DNA from: Alphaproteobacteria bacterium
Lineage (GTDB): Bacteria > Pseudomonadota > Alphaproteobacteria > CALKHQ01
Reading direction: 5' to 3'
Assembly (NCBI GenBank): GCA_965227515.1
Contig: CBDDFZ010000001.1
Span: 1,216,001-1,280,000 of the forward strand
Length of the DNA: 64,000 nt
Shown: positions 7,936 to 19,573 of the stretch, piece after piece
Layout: the number at the start of each line of letters is the position of its first letter
Numbering within the stretch: position 1 is the stretch's first letter
Program-made: the position numbers and the translations under genes
The notes under the pieces: model-generated
Databases searched by the model: none
What the model saw: the letters and a program-made list of their open reading frames with translations, nothing else
What the model was told of the DNA's origin: nothing

Positions 7936-9636
7936 CTAGAGCACGAGAAAATCCGAAATCAGGATGTCGGCCGGATCGACCAGATGAACCGGCTGTAGGT
8001 TGGAGTCGTAGTTCAGCACCACCAGCACGGTCTGGCCCTGGTAGGTGACGTGGGTGTCGGCGCCGCTCTGGAAGAACCCGGTTCCGCCCAGCTCGTCGCC
8101 TTGCCAGCCCTTGTAGTCGAACACGAAGTCGAAGCCCGTGCCGGCGCCGAAGTCGAACAGCTGTGCGCCTGTGCCTTGGGTCATGCCGCGCACGAACAGG
8201 TCGTCGCCCTGGCCGCCGTGCAGCTCGTCGCCGTCGCCGCCGCCGACCACGATGTCATCGCCGTCGCCGGCCCAGATCTCGTCGAAGCCCGCGCCGCCGT
8301 ACAGCAGGTCGTTGCCGCCGACGCCTGATAGGAAATCGTCGTCGCTGGCGTCGTCGCCGAACATGATCGCGTCGCTCGGGTTGCCTTCGCCGAACAGCTC
8401 GATGCCGTTGCCGAGGATCAGGTCGTTGCCGGTGCCGCCATAGGCCTCGTCGTTGCCGGTGCCGCCGATCAGCCAGTCATCGCCCTCCTGGCCGGCCACG
8501 AAATCGTCGCCCTGGCCGCCCAGCACGGTGTCGTCGCCTTGCTCGCCCAGCAGGTAGTCGCTGCCGCGGTCGCCGACGATCATGTCGTCGCCTTCGCCGC
8601 CATAGGCCGAGTCGGGGCTGTCGCTGTCGAACGGGCCGGCTTCGATGAAGGGGGCATGGCCGCCCCAGATCGAGTCGTTGCCAGCGCCGCCAATCAGGGT
8701 GTCCCAGCCATTGCCGCCGGAGACCAGGTCGTTGCCCTCGCCGCCGTCCAAATAGTCGCTGCCGTCGCCGCCGAACAGGTAGTCGCTGTCATCGTGGCCG
8801 AACATCACGTCGGCGCCGGCCTCGCCAAACATGCGATCCTGGCCGGTGCCGCCGCCCAAATAATCGTTGCCGCCGCCGCCCAGCATCGTGTCGTTGCCGG
8901 CCTGGCCATAGACGTGGTCGTTGCCCTCGCCGCCGAAGGCCCAGTCGTTTCCGTTTCCGCCCTCGACGGTGTCGCTGCCGTTCTCGCCGGCCAGCACGTC
9001 GTCGCCATCGTTGCCCAGCACGGTGTCGTCGCCATCGCCGGCCCAGGCCCAGTCGTTGCCGAGGCCGGCGTCGATGAAGTCGTCGTCGTCGTAGGTCCAG
9101 ACCTGGTCGTCGCCTTCGCCGGCGAAGACCCAGTCGGCGTCCGCGAACTGGCCGCCCAGCGCCATGCCGGCCACGATCACGTCGTTGCCGCTCTGCGCGA
9201 AGATCGCGTCGTTGCCCAGATAGGTGACGATCTCGTCCACCCAGTTGGTGCCGACGATGATGTCGTCGCCGAAGGTGCCTTCGAAGTGGCTCGGCGGGGG
9301 CGCGAATTCTGGCAGCTCGCCGAGCGCGGGGAAGCGCTGATCGATATCGTCGCCAGAAAAGACGAAGTCGTTCAGGCGGGAGTCCGTTGTACCGTCGCCG
9401 AAGGCGATGCCCTTGGGTGTCGATGCCTTGCTGTCCGATCCGGCAAGCGCGTCGCGGCCGGTGCTCGCCCACAGCGTGTCGTTGCCGCCGGCTTCGGAAA
9501 GAACGTCACGGCCAATGCTCGCCCACAGCGTGTCGTTGCCGCCGGCCGCGGACAGTGGATCGAACAAGCCGTCGATGTGGGCATCGGCGTCGATCTCAAG
9601 CCCGTTGATGGCCCAGAAGGATTTGCCGTCTGTCAT
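7936..9636 (-). CDS. RTX/hemolysin-type calcium-binding repeat protein
   Basis: Many GGxGxDxLx nonapeptides, no signal peptide, acidic composition. C-terminus ...ILISDFLVL resembles type I secretion signals. Confidence 0.85.
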   Translation of the reverse strand: MTDGKSFWAINGLEIDADAHIDGLFDPLSAAGGNDTLWASIGRDVLSEAGGNDTLWASTGRDALAGSDSKASTPKGIAFGDGTTDSRLNDFVFSGDDIDQRFPALGELPEFAPPPSHFEGTFGDDIIVGTNWVDEIVTYLGNDAIFAQSGNDVIVAGMALGGQFADADWVFAGEGDDQVWTYDDDDFIDAGLGNDWAWAGDGDDTVLGNDGDDVLAGENGSDTVEGGNGNDWAFGGEGNDHVYGQAGNDTMLGGGGNDYLGGGTGQDRMFGEAGADVMFGHDDSDYLFGGDGSDYLDGGEGNDLVSGGNGWDTLIGGAGNDSIWGGHAPFIEAGPFDSDSPDSAYGGEGDDMIVGDRGSDYLLGEQGDDTVLGGQGDDFVAGQEGDDWLIGGTGNDEAYGGTGNDLILGNGIELFGEGNPSDAIMFGDDASDDDFLSGVGGNDLLYGGAGFDEIWAGDGDDIVVGGGDGDELHGGQGDDLFVRGMTQGTGAQLFDFGAGTGFDFVFDYKGWQGDELGGTGFFQSGADTHVTYQGQTVLVVLNYDSNLQPVHLVDPADILISDFLVL

Positions 9637-9988
9637 CGATCCTCTCCGTCACGCCCACGACTGCGGTGGGTTCTGTCAGGAGAGGTCGCGGCGTGCGGTC
9701 GCCGGGTTCAAAGAAATTGGCAAAAAAGTGTCGGCAGGGCGGCGCAACGGTGTCCCGACGGTCGCTCCAGGGATGACGGCACTTAATGAATTGTTAGTCG
9801 GCTAAAGCCAATTCTGTTGGAGTCCGACCCATGTGTACGGCCGCAGGTGGTCCCCGCAGGAGCCGATGCCACCAGCCCACGCAGCGATGCGGTCCACACG
9901 AAAGCAAACGGGTCGGTTTGGGGTCCCGGATGAGCCGGTTTCGGCCCATCGGTGGATCGACACAGCGTCACCAGGCAGGAGACGGGCA

Positions 9989-11053
9989 GTGATCGAACAA
10001 TTTGCAGGACGACCGGCGGCCGGTGCGATCGCTGGAGCACGCCTTCGGTGCGCCGCCGCCATCGCGGCTGCGGTGTGCCTTGCGGCCGGCACAGCCACGG
10101 CCGAGGTCGACTCCGTCGAACTGACCGACTACTGGACCGTACTGGTGGTCGATGGCACGGCTTATCGGCGCGAGGGCGTCAATGCCTGGAACGACCGGGC
10201 GCCCATCGCGGCCGGCGACCTGATCGGTCCATATCAGTCCATCGAGACGGGAGCCGGCAGCGAAGTGCTGCTGCTCCGCGACGACGACATCATTCGTGTC
10301 CAGGCCAATACCGTGATCCAGTTGCCCGCGCCGGAGGTGGGCGGACCCGAGACCACGGTCGTCCAGCCGGGCGGCGATGCATCCTACGCCGTCGGCTCGC
10401 GCGACGAGCCATCGTTCGAGGTGGTGACCCCCTACCTGGTGGCGGGCATCAAGGGCACGCGGTTTGCGATTACCGAGAACGCGAGCCGCCTGTCGGTGAC
10501 CGAAGGCCTGATTGGATTGTCGAGCGCGGGCGGCTGCGGGTCGGTCGATGTCGGCGCGTCGTCGTCGGTCAGCGTTTCCGACCCGTGTACGGCCATCTTC
10601 GTCCTGGAGCCGCTGACCGAACTTGAGATCGAGGCCATCGACGAGGGCCTGGAGCTCGCCCTGAACGACGACGTGACCGGCGGAATTGGCCTGCCGCTGG
10701 GCGGAGGCGGCGGTCCCTTGAACGACCTGACCGAGACCCTGAATGGCGCGGCCGGGGGCCTGGGCGGCGCGGTTGGCGGTGCGGTTGGCGCGGTCGGCGA
10801 CACCTTGGGCGGTGCGGCTGAGTCGCTCGGTGGCGCCGCGGAGTCGCTGGGCGGTGCAGCCGGAGGTGCGGTCGGCGGTGCAGCGGATTCAGTTGGCGGT
10901 ACGGCCGGAAACGCGGCGGGCGCAGCCGGCGATGCGGTTGGTGGTGCGGCAGATTCGGTCGGCGGCGCGGCCGGTGACGCGGCGGGTGCGGCCGGCGATG
11001 CGGTGGGCGGCGCTGTCGACTCAGTTGGCGGTGCCGTGGGCGGCCTCCTGTGA
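9989..11053 (+). CDS. Exported FecR-domain protein with a Gly/Ala-rich repetitive tail
   Basis: Signal peptide ending ATA-E, FecR motif FEVVTPYLVAGIKGTRF and about 22-aa GGAADSVGG repeats. GTG start behind AGGAGA. Confidence 0.75.
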   Translation: MIEQFAGRPAAGAIAGARLRCAAAIAAAVCLAAGTATAEVDSVELTDYWTVLVVDGTAYRREGVNAWNDRAPIAAGDLIGPYQSIETGAGSEVLLLRDDDIIRVQANTVIQLPAPEVGGPETTVVQPGGDASYAVGSRDEPSFEVVTPYLVAGIKGTRFAITENASRLSVTEGLIGLSSAGGCGSVDVGASSSVSVSDPCTAIFVLEPLTELEIEAIDEGLELALNDDVTGGIGLPLGGGGGPLNDLTETLNGAAGGLGGAVGGAVGAVGDTLGGAAESLGGAAESLGGAAGGAVGGAADSVGGTAGNAAGAAGDAVGGAADSVGGAAGDAAGAAGDAVGGAVDSVGGAVGGLL

Positions 11054-11101
11054 GCAAGAGCCCGCACACCCGCCATCGCCTGACGAGCTAGCGCGGTGGC
11101 G

Positions 11102-11491
11102 ATGTTCCTGAACCGCCGGTTGGGGGCGGCGCTTGCTGTCTGTGGCGTGTTGGGCGCGTGCGGCCATGCGACGTCAACGGCCACCACTGCAACTGATGTC
11201 GCACCGGCAGCTCCAACGGCGGCCGAACTGGCCGTGCAACTGGCATTGGAGAACCTGCCCGACGGCCAGACGCTGGAATGGAGCGACGCCGATACGGCCG
11301 CGGGCCAGGTCGCGATCGAGCGGACGTTCATGTCGCCGGATGGACGCCACTGCCGCGACTACGCCGTCGCCCAAGCGGCGGCTTCCGGCGAGACCACGGT
11401 CGCGTCGCACAGTGCCTGCCGCGACACCGGCGGTGTGTGGCGCGTGACGGCCGTGCCTGCGGGATCGCCGCCGGTTGACGGTACGTCGTAG
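11102..11491 (+). CDS. RT0821/Lpp0805-like (17 kDa surface antigen) lipoprotein
   Basis: Lipobox LGAC, then ALENLPDGQTLEW...GRHCRDY...SACRDTGGVW. Confidence 0.75.
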   Translation: MFLNRRLGAALAVCGVLGACGHATSTATTATDVAPAAPTAAELAVQLALENLPDGQTLEWSDADTAAGQVAIERTFMSPDGRHCRDYAVAQAAASGETTVASHSACRDTGGVWRVTAVPAGSPPVDGTS

Positions 11492-11518
11492 GGCCGGTTC
11501 CGGCCTGACGAATGCGGA

Positions 11519-12532
11519 TCAGCCGTTGCGGTACGTGTAGCCGTAGCCGTTGATGGCCGGCACGCCGCCGAGGTGGGCGTAGAGCACTTTCGACCCCGCC
11601 GGGAAATATCCCTTGCGCACCAGGTCGATCAGGCCCTGCATCGATTTCCCCTCGTAGACCGGGTCGGTCATCATGCCTTCCAGCCGGGCGGCCATGCGGA
11701 TGGCATCATTGGTCTCCGCCGAGGGCACGCCATAGGCCGGATAGGCATAATCCGGCAGCAGCGTCAGGTCGTCGTCGGTGACGTCGCGGCCCAGGCCCAC
11801 AAGGTCGGCTGTGTTGCGGGCAATGTCCATCACCTGGGCGCGGGTCTGGTCGTAGGTGCCGGAGGCGTCGATGCCGACCACGTTGGCGGCGCGGCCGTCG
11901 GCGGCGAAGCCGACCGCCATGCCGGCATGGGTCGACCCCGTCACCGTGCACACCACAATGTAGTCAAATCGCAAGCCGCGTTCGGCCTCTTGCGCGCGCA
12001 CCTCCTCGGCGAACCCGACATAGCCCAGCCCGCCCAGCGGATGCACCGAGGCGCCGGCCGGAATGGCGTAGGGCGTGCCGCCCCTGGCCTTCACGTCCTC
12101 CAGCGCGCGCTCCCAGCTGTCGCGGATGCCGATGTCGAAGCCCTCGTCGACCAGTTCGATCTCCGCACCCATCACCCGGCTGAGCAGGATGTTGCCGACC
12201 CGGTCGTAGACCGCGTCCTCGTGCGGCACCCAGCTTTCCTGCACCAGCCGGCATTTCAGCCCCAGCTTGGCGGCGACGGCGGCGACCTGGCGGGTGTGGT
12301 TCGACTGCACGCCGCCGATGGTGACCAGCGTGTCGGCGCCCGACTTCAGGGCGTCGGGCACGATGTATTCCAGCTTGCGCAACTTGTTGCCGCCGAACGC
12401 GAGGCCGGAGTTGCAGTCGTCGCGCTTGGCGTAGATGTCGACCGCGCCGCCCAGGTGCGCGCTCAGTCGTTCCAGCTTCTCGATCGGGGTCGGCCCGAAG
12501 GTGAGGGGGTAGCGTTCGAACTGATCGAGCAT
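11519..12532 (-). CDS. acdS: 1-aminocyclopropane-1-carboxylate deaminase
   Basis: 337 aa from ATG 12532. [10 protein letters not shown] and [22 protein letters not shown], plus DPVYEGKS and YAHLGG, which carry the Glu and Leu that distinguish AcdS from D-cysteine desulfhydrase. Confidence 0.93.
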   Translation of the reverse strand: MLDQFERYPLTFGPTPIEKLERLSAHLGGAVDIYAKRDDCNSGLAFGGNKLRKLEYIVPDALKSGADTLVTIGGVQSNHTRQVAAVAAKLGLKCRLVQESWVPHEDAVYDRVGNILLSRVMGAEIELVDEGFDIGIRDSWERALEDVKARGGTPYAIPAGASVHPLGGLGYVGFAEEVRAQEAERGLRFDYIVVCTVTGSTHAGMAVGFAADGRAANVVGIDASGTYDQTRAQVMDIARNTADLVGLGRDVTDDDLTLLPDYAYPAYGVPSAETNDAIRMAARLEGMMTDPVYEGKSMQGLIDLVRKGYFPAGSKVLYAHLGGVPAINGYGYTYRNG

Positions 12533-12644
12533 TGGCATGGTTCGTGCGGCACCGATTCTTGTCATGGCGGGCGATGGGTCGACATTAGGATGGCGCGGTG
12601 TGGCATTCCAGGGCCGCGTTGCTAGGGACCGATAAGCTGAGCGC

Positions 12645-14564
12645 ATGACCGATACCCTGCTACTGGTGTTCATCTTCCTCGCCGCCGGCGTTATCGCGGT
12701 GCCGATCGCGAGCCGGCTCGGCCTCGGCTCGGTGCTCGGCTACCTGATCGCCGGCATCGCGCTCAGCCCGTTGCTCAGCGCCATCGACGTCAACGTCACC
12801 TCGATCCAGCACGTCGCCGAGTTCGGCGTGGTGATGATGCTGTTCCTGGTCGGGCTGGAACTGGAGCCGAAGCTACTGTGGCAGATGCGCATGCGGCTGC
12901 TCGGGCTCGGCGGGCTGCAGGTCGCGGCGACCACGGCGGCGGTGACGGGCATCGCGCTGGCGCTCGACCAGCCGTGGACGGTGGCGCTGGTCATCGGCCT
13001 GGTGTTCGCGCTGTCGTCGACCGCGATCGTGCTGCAGACCCTGAACGAGAAGGGGCTGACCAAGAGCGACGGCGGCCAGGCGAGCTTCTCGGTGCTGCTG
13101 TTCCAGGATATCGCCGTCATCCCGATGCTGGCGCTGATCCCGCTGCTGGCGATGCCGGAGCTGATGGACCTTGTCGGCGATGCTTCTCACGGTGATGGCG
13201 GACATGGCGCAGAAGGTGGGGAAGCCCACGGCAGCGGCCTCAGCCTGGTCGACGGGCTGAACGGTTGGCAGACCGCGCTGGTCACCCTGGGCGCGATTGC
13301 CGCCGTCGTGGTCGGCGGCAGCTACCTGACCGCGCCGATCTTCCGCTTCATCGCCATGGCGCGGCTGCGCGAGCTGTTCACCGCCACCGCGCTGATGATC
13401 GTGGTCGGCATCGCAGTGCTGATGTCGCTGGTCAACCTGTCGCCGGCGCTGGGCACGTTCCTGGCCGGCGTGGTGCTGGCCAACAGCCAGTACCGCCACG
13501 AGCTGGAATCCGACATCGACCCGTTTCGCGGCCTGCTGCTGGGCCTGTTCTTCATCACCGTCGGCGCCAACATCAGGTTCGACCTGCTGGCCGACAACAT
13601 CGGGACGGTCGTCGGCCTGACCTTCGGCCTGATCGCGCTGAAGGCAGCGGTCCTCGTCGTTCTCGGCCTGGTCTTCAAGATACGCGGCGCCGACCGCTGG
13701 CTGTTCGCGCTCGGCCTCGCCCAGGCCGGCGAGTTCGGGTTCGTGCTGTTGACCTTCACCGTCGACCAGGCGGTGATCCCCACCGATATTGCCGACCTGC
13801 TGGCGCTGGTGGTGGCGATCTCGATGCTGCTGACGCCGTTGCTGTTCATCGCCCATGACCGGCTGATCTCGCCGCGCTTCACCGGCGACGGCGAGCGCGA
13901 GGCCGACGACATCGAGCCGGAAGGCAGCGTCATCATCGCCGGCCATGGCCGGTTCGGCGGCATCGTCAACCGCATGCTGCGCGCCCATGGCTACGAGACC
14001 ACCGTCGTCGACTACAGCGCCGCACAGCTCGAAATGCTGCGCACCTTCGGCATCAAGGTCCACTATGGCGACGCCACCCGGCCCGACCTGCTGCAGGCCG
14101 CTGGCATCGACAAGGCGAAGCTGCTGGTGGTGGCGATCGACGGGCAGGAGCGGATCACCGCCCTGGTCGAGCACGTGTTCAAGCACCATCCCCATGTCCA
14201 CGTGATCGCGCGGGCGGTGAGCCGCCATCATGTCTACGATCTGTGGGCGGTCGGCTGCCGCGACGTCATCCGCGAGACCTATGACAGCTCGCTGCGCGCC
14301 GGACGCTCGTCGTTGGAGGCGCTGGGCAAGTCGCACGCCGAGGCTGCGCGCATGACCCGCGAGTTCGAGGACATGGACCGCGAGTCGATGGTGGAGCTGG
14401 CCGAGCTCTATCGCCGCGACGTGCCGGCCCACCAGAACCCGGCCTACATCGCCAAGGTGCGCGAGCGCAGCGCGCGGTGGGCACAGCAGCTCAGCGGCGG
14501 CCGCGCAGTCGAGACGCCTGATGACGCCGACGTAGACACGGACTTGGACAGAGACAGCGGGTAG
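12645..14564 (+). CDS. KefB/KefC-family CPA2 potassium efflux antiporter with a KTN domain
   Basis: [29 protein letters not shown] and [12 protein letters not shown], then C-terminal IIAGHGRFG and [10 protein letters not shown]. Confidence 0.92.
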   Translation: MTDTLLLVFIFLAAGVIAVPIASRLGLGSVLGYLIAGIALSPLLSAIDVNVTSIQHVAEFGVVMMLFLVGLELEPKLLWQMRMRLLGLGGLQVAATTAAVTGIALALDQPWTVALVIGLVFALSSTAIVLQTLNEKGLTKSDGGQASFSVLLFQDIAVIPMLALIPLLAMPELMDLVGDASHGDGGHGAEGGEAHGSGLSLVDGLNGWQTALVTLGAIAAVVVGGSYLTAPIFRFIAMARLRELFTATALMIVVGIAVLMSLVNLSPALGTFLAGVVLANSQYRHELESDIDPFRGLLLGLFFITVGANIRFDLLADNIGTVVGLTFGLIALKAAVLVVLGLVFKIRGADRWLFALGLAQAGEFGFVLLTFTVDQAVIPTDIADLLALVVAISMLLTPLLFIAHDRLISPRFTGDGEREADDIEPEGSVIIAGHGRFGGIVNRMLRAHGYETTVVDYSAAQLEMLRTFGIKVHYGDATRPDLLQAAGIDKAKLLVVAIDGQERITALVEHVFKHHPHVHVIARAVSRHHVYDLWAVGCRDVIRETYDSSLRAGRSSLEALGKSHAEAARMTREFEDMDRESMVELAELYRRDVPAHQNPAYIAKVRERSARWAQQLSGGRAVETPDDADVDTDLDRDSG

Positions 14565-14584
14565 CCGAACGGAACCGACCCGGA

Positions 14585-16138
14585 TCAGGGCGCAGCGTTT
14601 GTCATGAACGCGTCTCGGTAGATCGCCTCGATACGCTGCGCCTCATCGTCCGTCAGGGCTTTGAATTCGCGCTCGCGGGCCCGGCCGGACAGCTCGCCAT
14701 CGTTCTGGCGGAGAAACCGGAACAGCAGGTCGATCATGCGCTCGGGCATTTCCAGGAAGGCTTCGATCTGCCGGCGAAACCCGTCATAGCGACGCAGGAA
14801 GTCGGTCTCCGCCGGTAGGTCGTGCTCGATCGTGCGCTGAACGCAGGCGTAAAGGAACTCGGCATGCGGCGTCGCGTCGAAGAACCGATAATAATCCGCA
14901 GTCTCGTTCAGCACGTGGATATTGGATCGCTCTGTCGGCTCCCACTCGATCAGCGGCAACATGCGCCGTGAATAGGTTTCCAGTACCACGCGATAGTCGT
15001 CGATCTGTTCCAGGATCGCCGCCGAGATGGGAAAGACCACGCCCGGCGGGTTGAAGCCGCGCTGGGCCAGGACGTGGTGGATCAGATAGCGATGGATGCG
15101 GCCGTTGCCGTCTTCGAACGGGTGGATATAGACAAAGCCGAACGCCAACACGGCGGCGGCGATGACAGGGTCGAGCGCGCGCGCGGGACCACTATTGAAC
15201 GCAATCATGCCCTCTATGAGTGCTGCCAGGTCCTCGGGCTTTGCGCTGACATGATCAGGCAAGGGCATGCTCGTTTCACGGTCATGGTCGCCAATGAATC
15301 CGCCTTCGTCGCGGAAGCCAAGCCGGACAAATCGGGCGTCGCCGACCACGATCTTCTGCAACCGCCGCAGTTCATCGCCGTCAAGGATCTGTCTTCCGGC
15401 CTCGCCCAATGCGCGCGCCCAGCGCTGGATGCGGTCCTGCGGTGGACGTTCGCCCTCAATGGTGTAGCTTGCCCGCGAGTCTTTCAGCAGTAGAAAGGCA
15501 GCCGTGCGCGCAAGCAGGTCCTTTGGCACCCGCGCGACGATATCCTGCGCTTTGGCAGGCAGGTCCATGGCCACGAATTGCTGTAGTGCCTCGGTCCGAA
15601 AGACCATGGGGCAGAAATCGGGCGTTCCCGGCAGATTGTTGCGCACCCGGTAGCGCGATTGGTTTGGGCCTTCCGCGGCCCATTGCAGGCTTGGGTCGGC
15701 AGCGGGTACATAACGACCGCCGGTAGCGTCGGGCAAATTCAGACGCTCGCCAAGCGTCCACTCGTAAAGAAACCAGATGCGCCGCGCATAGCTCCCCGTT
15801 GGCGTGTTGCGGACCAGCGATTCTATTGGGCCGGGACCCGTCGCCAGGAACAGCCGCTTCAGCACGGCAAGATCGACGCCCTCGTATTTCAAGGCGAAGG
15901 TCAGGTGACCTTCGAGTGTCGCCGCAGGGGCGTGACGCGGCGTCATCAGGCGCCAGCCTTCTGTCTCCCTTATGCGGTGATGTTCGCCGATGGCCGAGAG
16001 TGTGCGGGGCAGAGGGACTTCTAGCTCCAGAGCCCCGATAAGGGCGCCATAGCCTACAGGAGTCGCTTTCTCAGGAAGTCGTCGTTCCTGAAATACCGTC
16101 ACGGGGCCTGAAAACTTGTCCCTAAGAATTCCATCCAT
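14585..16138 (-). CDS. Fic-family protein
   Basis: Canonical HPFEDGNGRIHR motif and an upstream SYTIEG inhibitory-type motif. Start uncertain (ATG 16138). Confidence 0.88.
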   Translation of the reverse strand: MDGILRDKFSGPVTVFQERRLPEKATPVGYGALIGALELEVPLPRTLSAIGEHHRIRETEGWRLMTPRHAPAATLEGHLTFALKYEGVDLAVLKRLFLATGPGPIESLVRNTPTGSYARRIWFLYEWTLGERLNLPDATGGRYVPAADPSLQWAAEGPNQSRYRVRNNLPGTPDFCPMVFRTEALQQFVAMDLPAKAQDIVARVPKDLLARTAAFLLLKDSRASYTIEGERPPQDRIQRWARALGEAGRQILDGDELRRLQKIVVGDARFVRLGFRDEGGFIGDHDRETSMPLPDHVSAKPEDLAALIEGMIAFNSGPARALDPVIAAAVLAFGFVYIHPFEDGNGRIHRYLIHHVLAQRGFNPPGVVFPISAAILEQIDDYRVVLETYSRRMLPLIEWEPTERSNIHVLNETADYYRFFDATPHAEFLYACVQRTIEHDLPAETDFLRRYDGFRRQIEAFLEMPERMIDLLFRFLRQNDGELSGRAREREFKALTDDEAQRIEAIYRDAFMTNAAP

Positions 16139-16412
16139 GAAAATTGTAACCCAGGTCCTTATCTGTGTTCCTGATCCTGTTATCTCTATGATAAATGATC
16201 CTAAAGCATGAAAAATGATCCTGACAACCGAAATGCGTGAAAATTGAAAATTAGGTCGACCCGCTGCGATCCCCCGCATGACCAACGCAATAGCCCGGCG
16301 GCTATGACGAAGATGCAAGCGGCTAGCAGGAGCGGTACCGATTGCGGCGGCGGCCTGGGTCCGCTACAACCCGGCGCGCATCCTCCTCCCCACCGATAAA
16401 CCAAGAGCGGTT

Positions 16413-18092
<1,680 letters not shown>

Positions 18093-18155
18093 GGAATCTC
18101 GATTGGACCATATGGCGTCCAAACTGTCGAGAGAAGTTGCGGTCAATTAAACCAT

Positions 18156-18328
18156 CGTCGCCCTCGCGCCTGTCGCGAGGGCCCATTTGCGGGGCAGCCC
18201 TGGGCGGGGCCGATAGAGGCTGGTGCGGTTGGCCCATCGAACCCGGCCGCCACCACGGATAGCAAACTGCCGCGCCCCATCGACGCTGGGGACAACAATG
18301 GGTCCTCGCCACAAGGGCGAGGACGACA
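18156..18328. repeat. CGTC/TGTC-type REP doublet (CCCTCG hairpin family), copy 1
   Basis: CGTCGCCCTCGCGCCTGTCGCGAGGGCCCATT and the inverted AATGGGTCCTCGCCACAAGGGCGAGGACGACA. Related to 46623-46799. Confidence 0.75.
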
Positions 18329-18402
18329 ATTTCTTTGCTGGCAAGGATTGTGCCCTGCATCGCGGCACATGGACGTCGCATAGGCCCGGATCGCCGCGCC
18401 TA

Positions 18403-19450
18403 GAGCGGGGTCTTTTTTGGAAGAATCGAAAGGGGATTCCCGACTCGGGTGGCAATCTGATTCAACGTGTTGGTCTTGAGAGGAGGCTGGCGCGATGGGT
18501 CGACCCTATTCGAATGATCTTCGTGAGCGTGCTGTTGCCCGGGTGATGGCCGGTGAGACGGTTCGCTCTGTGGCATCCGCGTTCGATGTGAGCGTGTCTG
18601 CGGTTGTGAAGTGGTCGCAGCGATATCGGCGCACCGGGAGCGTTGCGCCGGGCAAGGTCGGTGGCCACAAGCGGATCATATTGGCGCCGCATCGCGACTT
18701 CGTGCAGGCTCGTTTGGCTGCCGAGCCGCACCTTCCCTTGCGCTCCTTGCAGCGCGAGTTGGCCGATCGCGGCATCCGGGTGAGCTACGGCGCGATCTGG
18801 CGCTTTGTGCATGCCGAGGGATTGAGCTTCAAAAAAAACCGCGTTCGCCAGCGAGCAGGATCGTCCCGACGTGGCGCGGCGCCGCGCGCGCTGGAAGCGT
18901 CATCAGGCGAAACTTGATCCCGCCCGCCTGGTCTTCATTGACGAGACCTGGGCCAAGACCAACATGGCGCCGTTGCGGGGCTGGAGCCGGCGCGGCCGGC
19001 GCCTCGTCGGCAAGGCACCGCACGGCCGCTGGCGCACCCTGACCTTCCTCGCTGCTCTGCGCTGCGACCAGCTCACCGCACCGTGCGTCTTCGACGGCCC
19101 GATTAACGGTCAGGCCTTCCTCGCCTATGTCGAGCAAATCCTGGTGCCGACGCTCAAACCCGGCGACATCGTCATCATGGACAACCTGGGCAGCCACAAG
19201 GGCAAGGCCGTACGGGCCGCCCTGCGCCAAGCCGGCGCAAGGCTGCTCTTCCTGCCGCCCTACAGCCCCGACCTCAATCCCATCGAGCAGGTGTTCGCCA
19301 AGCTCAAGCACCTGCTCAGGCGCGCCGCAGAGCGCACCATCGACGACACATGGCGGCGTATCGGAAAACTACTCGACGCGTTCCAGCCACACGAATGCAA
19401 CAACTACATCGTCAATGCAGGATACGCTTCCGCATAAAACGATCCCGCTC
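18403..19450 (+). mobile_element. IS630-family insertion sequence with TA target duplication in a CTAG site
   Basis: Left end cTA|GAGCGGGGTCTTTT, right end AAAACGATCCCGCTC|TAg. Two-part transposase inside. Confidence 0.92.
18495..19437 (+). CDS. IS630 transposase, split into OrfA (HTH) and OrfB (DDE) and joined by a frameshift at an A8 run
   Basis: OrfA starts MGRPYSNDLRERA. OrfB has VFIDETW, VIMDNLGSHK and LPPYSPDLNPIE. The frames meet at TTC-AAAAAAAA-CC (18831-18838). Confidence 0.9.
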
Positions 19451-19460
19451 TAGATCGGGA

Positions 19461-19561
19461 TCAGCTTACGCTGAATCTGCGCCAGCCCTCTCCCCCACCC
19501 GGCCACCCAGCAGGATACTTTCGTGGGCGGTCGGGTGGGGGAGAGGGCCGGTGCCGACTTA
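19461..19561. repeat. Long palindromic intergenic repeat, copy 2 (inner segment inverted relative to copies 1 and 3)
   Basis: TCAGCTTACGCTGAATCTGCGCCAGCCCTCTCCCCCACCCGG...GGGTGGGGGAGAGGGCCGGTGCCGACTTA. Confidence 0.85.
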
Positions 19562-19573
19562 AATGATCATGCT

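Noticed and set aside
9783-9797. CtrA box-like TTAA-N7-TTAG
   Set aside because: One mismatch and a single instance, so it is mentioned only as context and not called as a feature.
10740-11050. Repeat array that could be mistaken for CRISPR
   Set aside because: These are in-frame Gly/Ala coding repeats without unique spacers. No cas genes or CRISPR array were seen in the window.
11519-12532. D-cysteine desulfhydrase as an alternative call
   Set aside because: The AcdS-specific Glu and Leu residues and the typical length are present.
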